DNA from: Patescibacteria group bacterium
GTDB taxonomy: Bacteria; Patescibacteriota; Microgenomatia; UBA10105; UBA927
Assembly: GCA_023379025.1 (NCBI GenBank)
Contig: JAMCTH010000012.1
Coordinates: 1-55,501, forward strand
Length of the DNA stretch: 55,501 nucleotides
Reading direction: 5' to 3'
Positions 19,007 through 28,364 of this stretch are shown piece after piece. The notes beneath the pieces are model-generated. The model was given only the letters and a program-made list of their open reading frames with translations. It searched no databases and had not been told where the DNA came from. Made by a program: the position numbers and the translations under genes. Each line of letters starts with the position of its first letter. Position 1 is the stretch's first letter.

Positions 19007-22000
19007 ATGGAACAACTGGTTATCAGAGGAGCACGTCAGCACAACCTAAAAAACATTACGTTGGCGCTGCCGAAAAACAGCCTGATCGTCTTCACCGGCG
19101 TGTCCGGTTCCGGCAAGTCATCGCTTGCGTTTGACACGATCTATGCCGAAGGGCAGAGGCGTTATGTCGAGTCGCTCTCCTCCTACGCGCGGCAGTTTCT
19201 GGGCGTCATGGACAAACCCGATGTCGACGCGATCGAGGGCCTGTCGCCGGCCATATCCATAGACCAGAAATCGACTTCGCATAACCCGCGTTCAACCGTC
19301 GGCACGGTCACGGAAATCTACGACTACCTCAGACTGCTCTATGCACGGATAGGACACCCGCACTGCCCGTCATGCGGACGCGAAATTGCGCGCCTCTCGC
19401 GCCAGCAGATGACGGAACAGATCCTGGACCTCGCCCGGGAGAAGCTTTCCGAACGCAGACTGGCGCAGCTGCGCTTCTTTATTCTCGCGCCCGTGGTGCG
19501 GGACCGGAAAGGCGAATTCAGCGGGCTTTTTGCCAACCTCAAAACCAAAGGGTACCGCACAATCCGCGTCGACGGCAGATATCTTGAGACTGACAGTGAC
19601 ATGGCGCTCATCAAGACCAACAAACATACGATCGACGTCGTCATAGACCGCGTGAGCATCGACCGGAAAACCGTGAAATTTCTGGATGACTACGCGCGCT
19701 CCGAAGGCGCTCAGGGCAGAGGCATACCTCCCGGCATCGCCATACGGTCGCGGATCGGCGATGCGGTCGAGCAGGCGGCAAACCTCTCCGACGGCCTGGT
19801 TATCGTCACCGAACTTACGGGCGCCGCGTTTGACCTGGACAAAACCCCCAAGCAAACGGTTGATCACCTGTTTTCGGAAAAGTTTTCCTGCCCGGTCTGC
19901 AATATTTCGATCCCGGAGATAGAGCCGCGGACGTTTTCGTTCAATACACCCCACGGGGCCTGTCCCGACTGCAGCGGATTGGGGGAGATACTCACCGTAG
20001 ACCCGTCGCGGGTCATCAATCCGGAGCTCTCCATCACCGAGGGAGGTATTTTGCCGTTTGCCAGGATGTTTTTCCATGACACCTGGTTTTCCCGGGTCAT
20101 CACGACCATGTGCGATGCAAACGGCATAGATCCCAGGAAAGCTTTGAAACACGCGGGTCGAGACGGACTTAAGGCGCTTCTCTACGGCACAGGAGAACGC
20201 CTCTATACCGTTATCGGGAAAAACCGCTTCGGCGACACGACCCGGATAGAGGAGCGCTACCCCGGCATTGTGCCCGAACTCAAACGGCGCTACAGCCAAT
20301 CCGAATCGGATTTCGTCCGGACGGAAATAGAAAAATACATGCGGACGGAAACCTGTACGGCGTGCGGCGGGCGGCGGCTTAAACCGGAAGCGCTGACGGT
20401 GACCGTGGAAGGCAAAAACATCGCTGCGGTGACGGATCTTTCGATTGCTGACGCCCGGGCGTTTATTTCTTCGCTTCCCGAACGGCTCAGTTCTCCTTCG
20501 GAGCGCACGATTGCCGCGCCGATTGTCAAAGAAGTCTCCGCGCGTCTCGGATTTCTTACCGCGGTCGGACTCGAATACCTCACCCTGGCGCGTTCGGCGA
20601 CGACACTGGCCGGCGGGGAAGCACAGCGCATCCGGCTTGCCTCCCAGATCGGATCGGGTCTGTCCGGGGTACTCTACGTTTTAGACGAACCGTCGATCGG
20701 TCTTCATCAGCGGGACAACAGAAAACTTATCGATACGCTCGTGAAACTCCGCGATCTCGGCAATACGGTTATTGTCGTTGAGCACGACCGGGAAATGATG
20801 GAGCACGCGGACTATCTCGTGGATTTCGGTCCGGGGGCCGGAGAAAACGGAGGCGCGGTTGTTGCTGCGGGAACGGTACGGGAGGTGAAATCCAACCCGC
20901 TCTCGCTTACCGGGGCCTATCTTCGGGATGAGCGCCGCATACGCCGCAAGCCGGTCCGTGCCGCAGAGCTTCCGGCATCCGGCCGTCAGCTTTTCGAAGC
21001 AAACGAAGAGCGGCATACGAAAGCGCCGGAGCTTCTTACTCTAACCGGGGCCTCGGAACATAACCTGCAATCCATACGGGTTTCCTTTCCCATCGGTACC
21101 TTTATCTGCGTCACCGGGCTTTCCGGGTCGGGCAAGTCCTCACTCGTCGTCGAGACGCTGTACCCCGCTCTTGCTGCAGCGTTTTCCCCGATGAGTAAAC
21201 GCACCCCCGGCGCCTATACGGGGTTAACCGGTACGGATGCTCTCGATAACGTCATACTCATTGACCAGTCCCCGATAGGCAGGACCCCGAGGAGTAATCC
21301 CGCTACCTATACGGGCATTTTTTCGCCGATGAGGGAAATCTATGCAGAACTTCCGGAATCGCGTCTTCGGGGATACAAAGCCGGACGATTTTCGTTCAAT
21401 GTCAAAGGCGGACGGTGCGAGGCGTGTGAAGGCGAGGGACAGCGGAAAATAGAAATGCAGTTTCTTTCGGATATTTATGTTACCTGTGAGGTCTGCCACG
21501 GCAAGCGGTATAACACGGAAACCCTCGATGTGCTCTATCACGGCAAATCCATAGCGGATGTCCTCGATATGACGGTCGATGAGGCGCTTGAGTTTTTCCG
21601 CCATTACCCGGGGCTTTCCGAAAAACTCTCGACCATCCATGACGTCGGGCTCGGATATATTCACCTGGGTCAGCCCGCTCCGACACTGTCCGGCGGGGAA
21701 GCACAGCGGGTCAAGCTTGCCACCGAACTCTCGAGAAAAACGACGGGAAAAACGGTGTATATCCTGGACGAACCGACGACCGGCCTTCATTTTGCCGATC
21801 TCGAAAAACTTCTCGACGTTCTTTCCCGCCTTACCGCGCTCGGCAATACGGTTATCGTCATCGAACACAATCTGGATATCATCAAAAACGCGGACTGGAT
21901 TATTGATCTCGGACCGGAAGGCGGGGAAAACGGGGGGAAGGTCGTCGCAACCGGCACTCCGCGTGATATCGCGCAAAACCCCGCCTCATATACCGGCAGA

Positions 22001-22030
22001 TTTTTAAAGGAACTTCTTGGCCGCGGATAA
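19007..22030 (+). CDS. uvrA: excinuclease ABC subunit A
   Basis: two ABC ATPase domains (G.SGSGKSS, GGEAQR) and zinc fingers. Confidence 0.98.
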   Translation: MEQLVIRGARQHNLKNITLALPKNSLIVFTGVSGSGKSSLAFDTIYAEGQRRYVESLSSYARQFLGVMDKPDVDAIEGLSPAISIDQKSTSHNPRSTVGTVTEIYDYLRLLYARIGHPHCPSCGREIARLSRQQMTEQILDLAREKLSERRLAQLRFFILAPVVRDRKGEFSGLFANLKTKGYRTIRVDGRYLETDSDMALIKTNKHTIDVVIDRVSIDRKTVKFLDDYARSEGAQGRGIPPGIAIRSRIGDAVEQAANLSDGLVIVTELTGAAFDLDKTPKQTVDHLFSEKFSCPVCNISIPEIEPRTFSFNTPHGACPDCSGLGEILTVDPSRVINPELSITEGGILPFARMFFHDTWFSRVITTMCDANGIDPRKALKHAGRDGLKALLYGTGERLYTVIGKNRFGDTTRIEERYPGIVPELKRRYSQSESDFVRTEIEKYMRTETCTACGGRRLKPEALTVTVEGKNIAAVTDLSIADARAFISSLPERLSSPSERTIAAPIVKEVSARLGFLTAVGLEYLTLARSATTLAGGEAQRIRLASQIGSGLSGVLYVLDEPSIGLHQRDNRKLIDTLVKLRDLGNTVIVVEHDREMMEHADYLVDFGPGAGENGGAVVAAGTVREVKSNPLSLTGAYLRDERRIRRKPVRAAELPASGRQLFEANEERHTKAPELLTLTGASEHNLQSIRVSFPIGTFICVTGLSGSGKSSLVVETLYPALAAAFSPMSKRTPGAYTGLTGTDALDNVILIDQSPIGRTPRSNPATYTGIFSPMREIYAELPESRLRGYKAGRFSFNVKGGRCEACEGEGQRKIEMQFLSDIYVTCEVCHGKRYNTETLDVLYHGKSIADVLDMTVDEALEFFRHYPGLSEKLSTIHDVGLGYIHLGQPAPTLSGGEAQRVKLATELSRKTTGKTVYILDEPTTGLHFADLEKLLDVLSRLTALGNTVIVIEHNLDIIKNADWIIDLGPEGGENGGKVVATGTPRDIAQNPASYTGRFLKELLGRG

Positions 22031-22070
22031 TGTAGAGAGCACCCGTCATATGCGTTACACTGGAGGAAGC

Positions 22071-23864
22071 ATGTCCCGGATCATACAGATTGCAGCATTC
22101 GTATTCACCTTTTTTTTTATTCCGTTGTTCCGCGTCGAAGCCGCCGGCGGGTATTTCCGTGCCGATTACGACGTGCAGTATGACGTTGCTCCGGGCGGCA
22201 AAACCATCGTCACCCAGACGGTCCAGCTCACCAACAAGGAAACCAATCTCTATCCCAAACAGTATTCGATAGACATCGATACGGATCAGATCAGGAACGT
22301 TGTTGCGCGTGATCCGTCCGGGCAGATCACGCCGCAGATCACCCAGTCCGACGGAAAAACCCATATCCTTCTGACCTTCGGCACGCAGGTGGTAGGACTT
22401 GGGAAAACTCTGAGTTTTACATTGCGCTACGAAGATCTTCTTATCGCCCAAAAAAACGGGCGGATCTGGGAAGTGAACATACCGGGGGTCTCGCCCGACC
22501 CGGACCTCGGCGATTACCGGGTGGGTTTAACCGTGCCGCCGGCCTTCGGCGATGCGGCATACGTGTCACCGCTTCCCGCGGACGGCACCCACTGGGACAA
22601 AGCGCAGATGCTCACGGGCGGCATCAGCGCGGCATACGGCACGAGCCAGGTGTTTTCGGTCGGTCTTTCGTATTATCTTGCCAACAGCAATGTCACTCCC
22701 GGCTATACGGAAATAGCCCTTCCCCCCGATACCGAATATCAGCATGTTTTTATCTCCGCCATCAACCCCAAACCCTCAAACGTCCGCGAAGACCGGGATG
22801 GAAACTGGCTTGCGCGTTACGACTTAAGCGGCGGGCAGAAACTGAACGTATCCGTATCCGCCCTGGTTGCCGTATCTCCGACGCCCCGGGCGGGATATCA
22901 TCAAAAACGCGGAGATCCCTCCCTCTATACCGGGCCGGACGAATACTGGGAATCCGGCGATCAGGAAATCGCCGCGGCTGCCCGCTCCCTGCATACCCCG
23001 AGGGCGATATACGATTATGTCGTTAAAACGCTCTCCTACGACTATGCGCGGGTCAACGGGCAACCGATCAGGAAAGGTGCTGCCGAGGCGCTGAAGACCC
23101 CGGATCAGTCGGTCTGCATGGAATTTACGGATCTCTTTGTTGCCCTGTCCCGCGCGGCGGGCATACCGGCACGGGAAGTCGTCGGCTATGCGTATACGAC
23201 CAATACCAAGCTGCGCCCGCTGTCGCTTGTTGCTGATGTTCTGCATTCGTGGCCGGAGTATTACGATACCGGGGCTTCACGCTGGATCGCCGTCGATCCG
23301 ACCTGGGGGAAAACCACCGGAGGCGTCGACTATTTCGACAAGATGGATTTTGACCATATCGCGCTTGCAGTCCACGGCGTTTCCAGTACGCTTCCGTATC
23401 CGGCGGGGTTTTACCGGAAGCCGGGGTCAAGCGGCAAAGACCTCGATGTCTCATTCACGGACCGCGATCTGCCCGTTTTCTCTCCGGGAAACCTCTCCGC
23501 TGCCGTTTCCTTCCCGTCCTGGGTCCTTTCCGGTACAGTGGCGGAGGGACTCGTCACCATACAAAACGTATCCGGCCTTGCCGCCGGGAATATCGCCTAT
23601 TCAATCCAGACCGAGCCGCACGTGTTTTCGGCATCCGATACGATCACGCGGGTTCCGCCGCTTTCCGAACTTTCCGTCCCCATAACGATTCGCGCGCCGC
23701 AGATCCTTACGATCGGGCGGGGAAGGATATCGGTTTCGGTATCGGGCGGGGAGGTCAACGCATATTATACGGTAGAACCGGTAGTAATCCTTCTTATTCC
23801 CATCGGATTTGCCGTTTCGATGGCTATCATTGCCGTATGGATTCTCTTCAGGAAAAAAACCTAG
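22071..23864 (+). CDS. exported, membrane-anchored transglutaminase-like protein
   Basis: signal peptide, VCMEF / HSWPE / DPTWG Cys-His-Asp triad, C-terminal TM helix. Confidence 0.85.
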   Translation: MSRIIQIAAFVFTFFFIPLFRVEAAGGYFRADYDVQYDVAPGGKTIVTQTVQLTNKETNLYPKQYSIDIDTDQIRNVVARDPSGQITPQITQSDGKTHILLTFGTQVVGLGKTLSFTLRYEDLLIAQKNGRIWEVNIPGVSPDPDLGDYRVGLTVPPAFGDAAYVSPLPADGTHWDKAQMLTGGISAAYGTSQVFSVGLSYYLANSNVTPGYTEIALPPDTEYQHVFISAINPKPSNVREDRDGNWLARYDLSGGQKLNVSVSALVAVSPTPRAGYHQKRGDPSLYTGPDEYWESGDQEIAAAARSLHTPRAIYDYVVKTLSYDYARVNGQPIRKGAAEALKTPDQSVCMEFTDLFVALSRAAGIPAREVVGYAYTTNTKLRPLSLVADVLHSWPEYYDTGASRWIAVDPTWGKTTGGVDYFDKMDFDHIALAVHGVSSTLPYPAGFYRKPGSSGKDLDVSFTDRDLPVFSPGNLSAAVSFPSWVLSGTVAEGLVTIQNVSGLAAGNIAYSIQTEPHVFSASDTITRVPPLSELSVPITIRAPQILTIGRGRISVSVSGGEVNAYYTVEPVVILLIPIGFAVSMAIIAVWILFRKKT

Positions 23865-25201
23865 ACCGCCTCAAAAAAACTGCCCGGACCCTGCCGGAGC
23901 GCCCCGGTGTCTATCTCTACGCCGGCAAAAACGGCAGGATTATCTATGTCGGTAAGGCCGTCAATCTCAAACGGCGGGTGTCGCAGTACTTTACGGGCAG
24001 CGGCGCGGTCGGCGAAAAAACGGCGCTCCTTGTTTCGCAGATCCGCTCCCTACGGACTATAGAAACCGTCTCCGAATTTGATGCGCTCCTTCTCGAGGCG
24101 AAACTCATCAGGCGGTACCTGCCCCGGTATAACGTCATAAGCCGCGACGACAAAAGCCCGGTCTATATTGTCCTCACGATGGATCATCTCCTTCCGGCGG
24201 TCATCCTTTGCCGGAAATCATCGCTTCCTGACCCGGTTCCGAGAGGCAGACGCGTATTCGGGCCGTTTCAGTCCTCGCGCGTTGCACGTATGCTCCTCCG
24301 CACCATCAGAAGAAGCATTCCCTACTGTACCGAGAAACAGAGAAACGGCACGCCCTGTTTTTATACGCATCTCGGGTTATGCGACCCCTGTCCGTCCGTC
24401 ATCGCCGCGCTGCCCCAGTCCCCGGAAAGATCCCGGCTTGTCCGCCGGTACCGCAGGAATATTTCCGCCATCGCATCCATACTGTCCGGCAGGCATGCGG
24501 CAGTCAGGAGATCGCTCGAGCGCACGATGAACCGGCTTTCGGACACGCGCCGGTTCGAGGAGGCAGCCGACATACACCGGCAGCTCACTAGCCTCTACGA
24601 ACTCATAGGACACCGGTTTGATCCGTCACTCTACACGACCAACGACTCGCTTGCCCCCATGGAGCGAAGCCATGAAGGGGACGACCTCCGCCGTCACCTT
24701 CTGCCGTATCTGCCGGATCTTCAGCCGCTCAGGCGCGTCGAGTGCGTCGATATCGCGACCATCGGCGGAGCGGATACGACCGGCTCGCTCGTTGTTCTTA
24801 TCGACGGCATACCGGATCACTCCTGGTACCGCCGGTTCCGTATGAAAAACGGCCTCGCCACGGACGATACGAAACGCATCGCGGAAGTCGTAACCCGGAG
24901 GTTTGCCCACCCGGAATGGCCGTTTCCGGACCTTCTTGTTATCGACGGCGGAAAAGGACAGGTTGATGCTGCCCGGACGGCACTGAGGGAAAAGGGGATT
25001 ATGACGGTTCCGGTCATAGGTCTTGCCAAACGCCGGGAGGAAATCATATGCATGACGGGGGATCAGTACAGGAACGTTATCCTTCCGCTTTCCTCGCCGG
25101 CACTCCACCTTCTCGAGCGGATCCGCGACGAAGCACACCGTTTTGCGCGCGTCTATCATCATTTCCTCCGCCGGCAGCATATTCCCCGTGCCGCGCACTA
25201 G
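23837..25201 (+). CDS. uvrC: excinuclease ABC subunit C-like (GIY-YIG + UVR + RNase H-like; no HhH tail)
   Basis: PGVY..IIYVGKA.NL, DGGKGQ, RDEAHRFA. Confidence 0.85.
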   Translation: MDSLQEKNLDRLKKTARTLPERPGVYLYAGKNGRIIYVGKAVNLKRRVSQYFTGSGAVGEKTALLVSQIRSLRTIETVSEFDALLLEAKLIRRYLPRYNVISRDDKSPVYIVLTMDHLLPAVILCRKSSLPDPVPRGRRVFGPFQSSRVARMLLRTIRRSIPYCTEKQRNGTPCFYTHLGLCDPCPSVIAALPQSPERSRLVRRYRRNISAIASILSGRHAAVRRSLERTMNRLSDTRRFEEAADIHRQLTSLYELIGHRFDPSLYTTNDSLAPMERSHEGDDLRRHLLPYLPDLQPLRRVECVDIATIGGADTTGSLVVLIDGIPDHSWYRRFRMKNGLATDDTKRIAEVVTRRFAHPEWPFPDLLVIDGGKGQVDAARTALREKGIMTVPVIGLAKRREEIICMTGDQYRNVILPLSSPALHLLERIRDEAHRFARVYHHFLRRQHIPRAAH

Positions 25202-25240
25202 GATTGCCGATCCGGGCGATATTTGCTACCATTGGAACAC

Positions 25241-25645
25241 ATGAAACACATCGTCCGCGTGTTTTTGTTTGCGATGTTCGCCCTCTGGCTGACGAGTCAG
25301 ATATTTCCGACGATTGTCATCGCGGGAAGCTGGCAGACGCTCCTCGTTGCCGGGGCAATATTTGCCCTCCTTATGCTCTTTGTGCATCCGATGCTCAAGA
25401 TTCTCTTTATTCCCATCAATATCATCACCTTCGGCCTTCTCTCGTGGCTTATCAACGTCATCGTATTGTGGCTTCTCACGGTTTTTGTCCCGGCAGTCGA
25501 GGTGCGGCCGTGGCAGTTCCCGGGGTATAGTGTCGGCGGATTTGTCATTCCGGCCATATCGTTCTCCTACCCTCTTGCTCTCATCCTTTCGTCATTATCC
25601 ATCACCTTCATATCCAATATCCTGCACGACGTAAGTGAAGGCTGA
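25241..25645 (+). CDS. YvlD/DUF360 (4-TM holin-like) membrane protein
   Basis: V.P.LK.L..P.NI.T.GL...IN pattern. Confidence 0.8.
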   Translation: MKHIVRVFLFAMFALWLTSQIFPTIVIAGSWQTLLVAGAIFALLMLFVHPMLKILFIPINIITFGLLSWLINVIVLWLLTVFVPAVEVRPWQFPGYSVGGFVIPAISFSYPLALILSSLSITFISNILHDVSEG

Positions 25646-25649
25646 TCGT

Positions 25650-26645
25650 ATGAAAACTCAGGCACATATCGTCTGTATCGGCGGAGGAACCGGAACGTTT
25701 GTTGCGCTGAGAGGTCTCAAAAAATATACCGAAAACGTTTCCGCTATCGTTGCCATGAGCGACTCCGGCGGAAGCAACAAACGGATACGGGACGAATTCG
25801 GGCTCCTTCCGACATCGGACATCCGCCAGTGCCTGGTCGCCCTTTCGGACGAAAACGGCGGGGCGGGGCTCCTCAGGAAACTGTTCATGTACCGGTTCGA
25901 GAAAGGGGAAGGGATATCCGGCATGACGTTCGGCAACCTCTTTATGGCAGCCCTTGCCGATATCCTCGGTTCGCAGAAGGAAGCGATCCGTCAGACGGGC
26001 AAAGTGCTCCGTATCCACGGGTCAGTCATACCGGTATCGTTTACGAAAACAAACCTCTTTGCGCGCTACGAAGACGGCCATGTCCTGTCGGAAGAACACC
26101 TCATAGACGAACCGCCGCACGACGGAACCCTCCGGATCACCGATATCTCCCTCAAACCCAAAGCGCGGGTCAACCCGGAAGCCGTAACCGCGATTATGGA
26201 GGCAGATGCCGTACTTCTCGGCCCCGGCGATCTCTACACCTCCGTCATACCGAACCTTCTTGTCACCGGAATAGCCCGGGCGCTCATCAAAACCCACGCG
26301 AAAGTCATCTATACGGTGAACCTTATGACCAAATACGGACAAACGTACCGGTTTACCGCCCGCGATCATGTCCGCGCCCTCGAGCAATTCATCGGCCGAT
26401 CGCTCGACTACTGCCTCATGAACACCGAACCGCTGTCAGAAGAGGCGCTTGCGATTTACGGTAAACTGCACGAAGAGCCGGTAGCTGATGATCTCGGGAA
26501 AAAGGAGTATTATACGATCGTGAGGGCTAAACTCGTGAGCCGCCGGATCGTGCACAAGACCAAAAGCGACGTATTGGTGCGGAGCCTTATCAGGCATGAC
26601 AGCGGGAAGCTTGCCGCAGCAGTCATGGGAATACTGGCCAAATGA
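25650..26645 (+). CDS. yvcK: YvcK/GlmR (gluconeogenesis factor, UPF0052) family protein
   Basis: IGGGTG, D.GGS, GPGDLYTS..PNL, RHD motifs. Confidence 0.9.
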   Translation: MKTQAHIVCIGGGTGTFVALRGLKKYTENVSAIVAMSDSGGSNKRIRDEFGLLPTSDIRQCLVALSDENGGAGLLRKLFMYRFEKGEGISGMTFGNLFMAALADILGSQKEAIRQTGKVLRIHGSVIPVSFTKTNLFARYEDGHVLSEEHLIDEPPHDGTLRITDISLKPKARVNPEAVTAIMEADAVLLGPGDLYTSVIPNLLVTGIARALIKTHAKVIYTVNLMTKYGQTYRFTARDHVRALEQFIGRSLDYCLMNTEPLSEEALAIYGKLHEEPVADDLGKKEYYTIVRAKLVSRRIVHKTKSDVLVRSLIRHDSGKLAAAVMGILAK

Positions 26646-26655
26646 ACGAAACTCT

Positions 26656-26874
26656 ATGAAAGCTGTTGCGCTCGTCATTCATCTCATTGTCTCGGTAGCT
26701 CTGGTCGGACTTATCCTCATGCAGTCAACCAAAGGTGGGCTCGGCAGCGCATTCGGCGGCGGGGAAGTCTACCGGACGCGCCGGGGGGCTGAGCGTATCG
26801 TGTTTCTGGCTACCGTCGTCGTCTCCGTACTCTTTCTCCTTTCCTCAATGGTGAATTTGCTGATACACTCATGA
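26656..26874 (+). CDS. secG: preprotein translocase subunit SecG
   Basis: ILMQ..GGLG.AFGG...RRGAE between two TM helices. Confidence 0.9.
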   Translation: MKAVALVIHLIVSVALVGLILMQSTKGGLGSAFGGGEVYRTRRGAERIVFLATVVVSVLFLLSSMVNLLIHS

Positions 26875-28217
26875 AACTTTTCAAACGCGGACGGTACCTC
26901 TACCGGCTCATGGCGGAACTGTCCCGCAAGTATCGCGCAGCACTCCTGCTGGGTTTTTTGCTGGGACTGCTCGGTTCGATTGTTTTCCTCAAGATTTCTC
27001 CGGTCGTTGACCGCGAATTCTTGACGCCGACGGAACACATCGGCATGGTCGGGGATTTCACGCCGACGACCCTTCCCTATGATATTCAGTCCAAATTGAG
27101 CTTCGGTCTTACGCGTATCGCAGCGGACGGATCCGCTTCCGCCGCACTCGCCGGGTCATGGGAAGCGACCGCAAGCGGCAAAGTATACCTGTTTCACCTG
27201 AAAAAAAACGTATTTTGGCCCTCAGGCATGGAAGTGACCGCACGGGACGTCAATTACAATATCCGCGACGTTACGTTCCGTGCGCTTTCGGACCGCACGC
27301 TTGAAGCCCGGCTTTCGGAATCCTACAGCCCCTTTCCGACGCTCGTCTCCAAACCCATATTCCGAAGCGGACTTGTGGGATTCGGAGCCTATCGCGTCGA
27401 TTCAATACGGCTTGAGGGGGACAGGATATCGTACCTCCGCATCCTGCCCGCTCCCGGGACCCACGGCCCATCCGCCGAATACCGCTTTTACCCGACGGAA
27501 AGCATGGCCATCGTCGCGTACAAGAGGGGAGACGTCGATATCCTTCAGGATCTCACGTCTCCGGCGGACCTCACCGGCTGGAAAAATACGGCGGTCACGG
27601 TCAAAACGGATTACCAGGAAATCGTTTCGCTCTTTTACAACACGAAAAACCCGAAACTTACCGAAAAATCCCTGCGCCAGGCGCTTTCCTACGATATACC
27701 GGATATTGCCGCCGAACGCGCCTGGTCCCCCATATCGGTCAAGTCGTGGGCATACGAGGATCCGGGCAAGCATTACACCTACGAGCCCGATACCGCCAAA
27801 CCGCTTTTTGCCAAATCGGCGCTTGCCTCCGCATCCGCATCCCTCACCATCTCGACGTTTGCGCCGTATATTGACCTTGCCCAGAGCATCGCCAATAACT
27901 GGACGGCATTGGGAATACCCACGGGTGTCCGGGTCATCAACGACCTGTCCGACGGCTTTGAAGTACTCCTGACAGCCCAGTTCATCCCGCCGGATCCGGA
28001 CCAGTATCCGTTCTGGCATTCGACCCAGAAGGAAACAAACATCACGGGCTATACCAACGTCAAAATAGACAAGCTGCTTGAAGACGGGAGAGTCTCAACA
28101 AACGTCAGCACCAGAAAGGCTATCTATGCGGATTTTGCCAGGCGTCTCGTTGACGACGATCCGGTCACATTCCTCTACTACCCCAAGCGGTATACGATCA
28201 CCCGCGTTCACCGCTAG
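26871..28217 (+). CDS. ABC transporter substrate-binding protein, family 5
   Basis: N-terminal TM, W..G..VTA.DV, PDPDQYPFWHS, D.LLE.GR. Confidence 0.85.
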   Translation: MKLFKRGRYLYRLMAELSRKYRAALLLGFLLGLLGSIVFLKISPVVDREFLTPTEHIGMVGDFTPTTLPYDIQSKLSFGLTRIAADGSASAALAGSWEATASGKVYLFHLKKNVFWPSGMEVTARDVNYNIRDVTFRALSDRTLEARLSESYSPFPTLVSKPIFRSGLVGFGAYRVDSIRLEGDRISYLRILPAPGTHGPSAEYRFYPTESMAIVAYKRGDVDILQDLTSPADLTGWKNTAVTVKTDYQEIVSLFYNTKNPKLTEKSLRQALSYDIPDIAAERAWSPISVKSWAYEDPGKHYTYEPDTAKPLFAKSALASASASLTISTFAPYIDLAQSIANNWTALGIPTGVRVINDLSDGFEVLLTAQFIPPDPDQYPFWHSTQKETNITGYTNVKIDKLLEDGRVSTNVSTRKAIYADFARRLVDDDPVTFLYYPKRYTITRVHR

Positions 28218-28364
28218 ACTGCTTCCCGCCCGGAAAACTTTACATCAGGCAAAATTGCGGTATACTAAGGCGGTACGATTTAACCCTCAGTTGCGGTCGT
28301 CCCCCGGGCAGTACAATCCTATCCTGAGAGGCCGACGAGGTACGGCGACGGATAATCCCACCGT

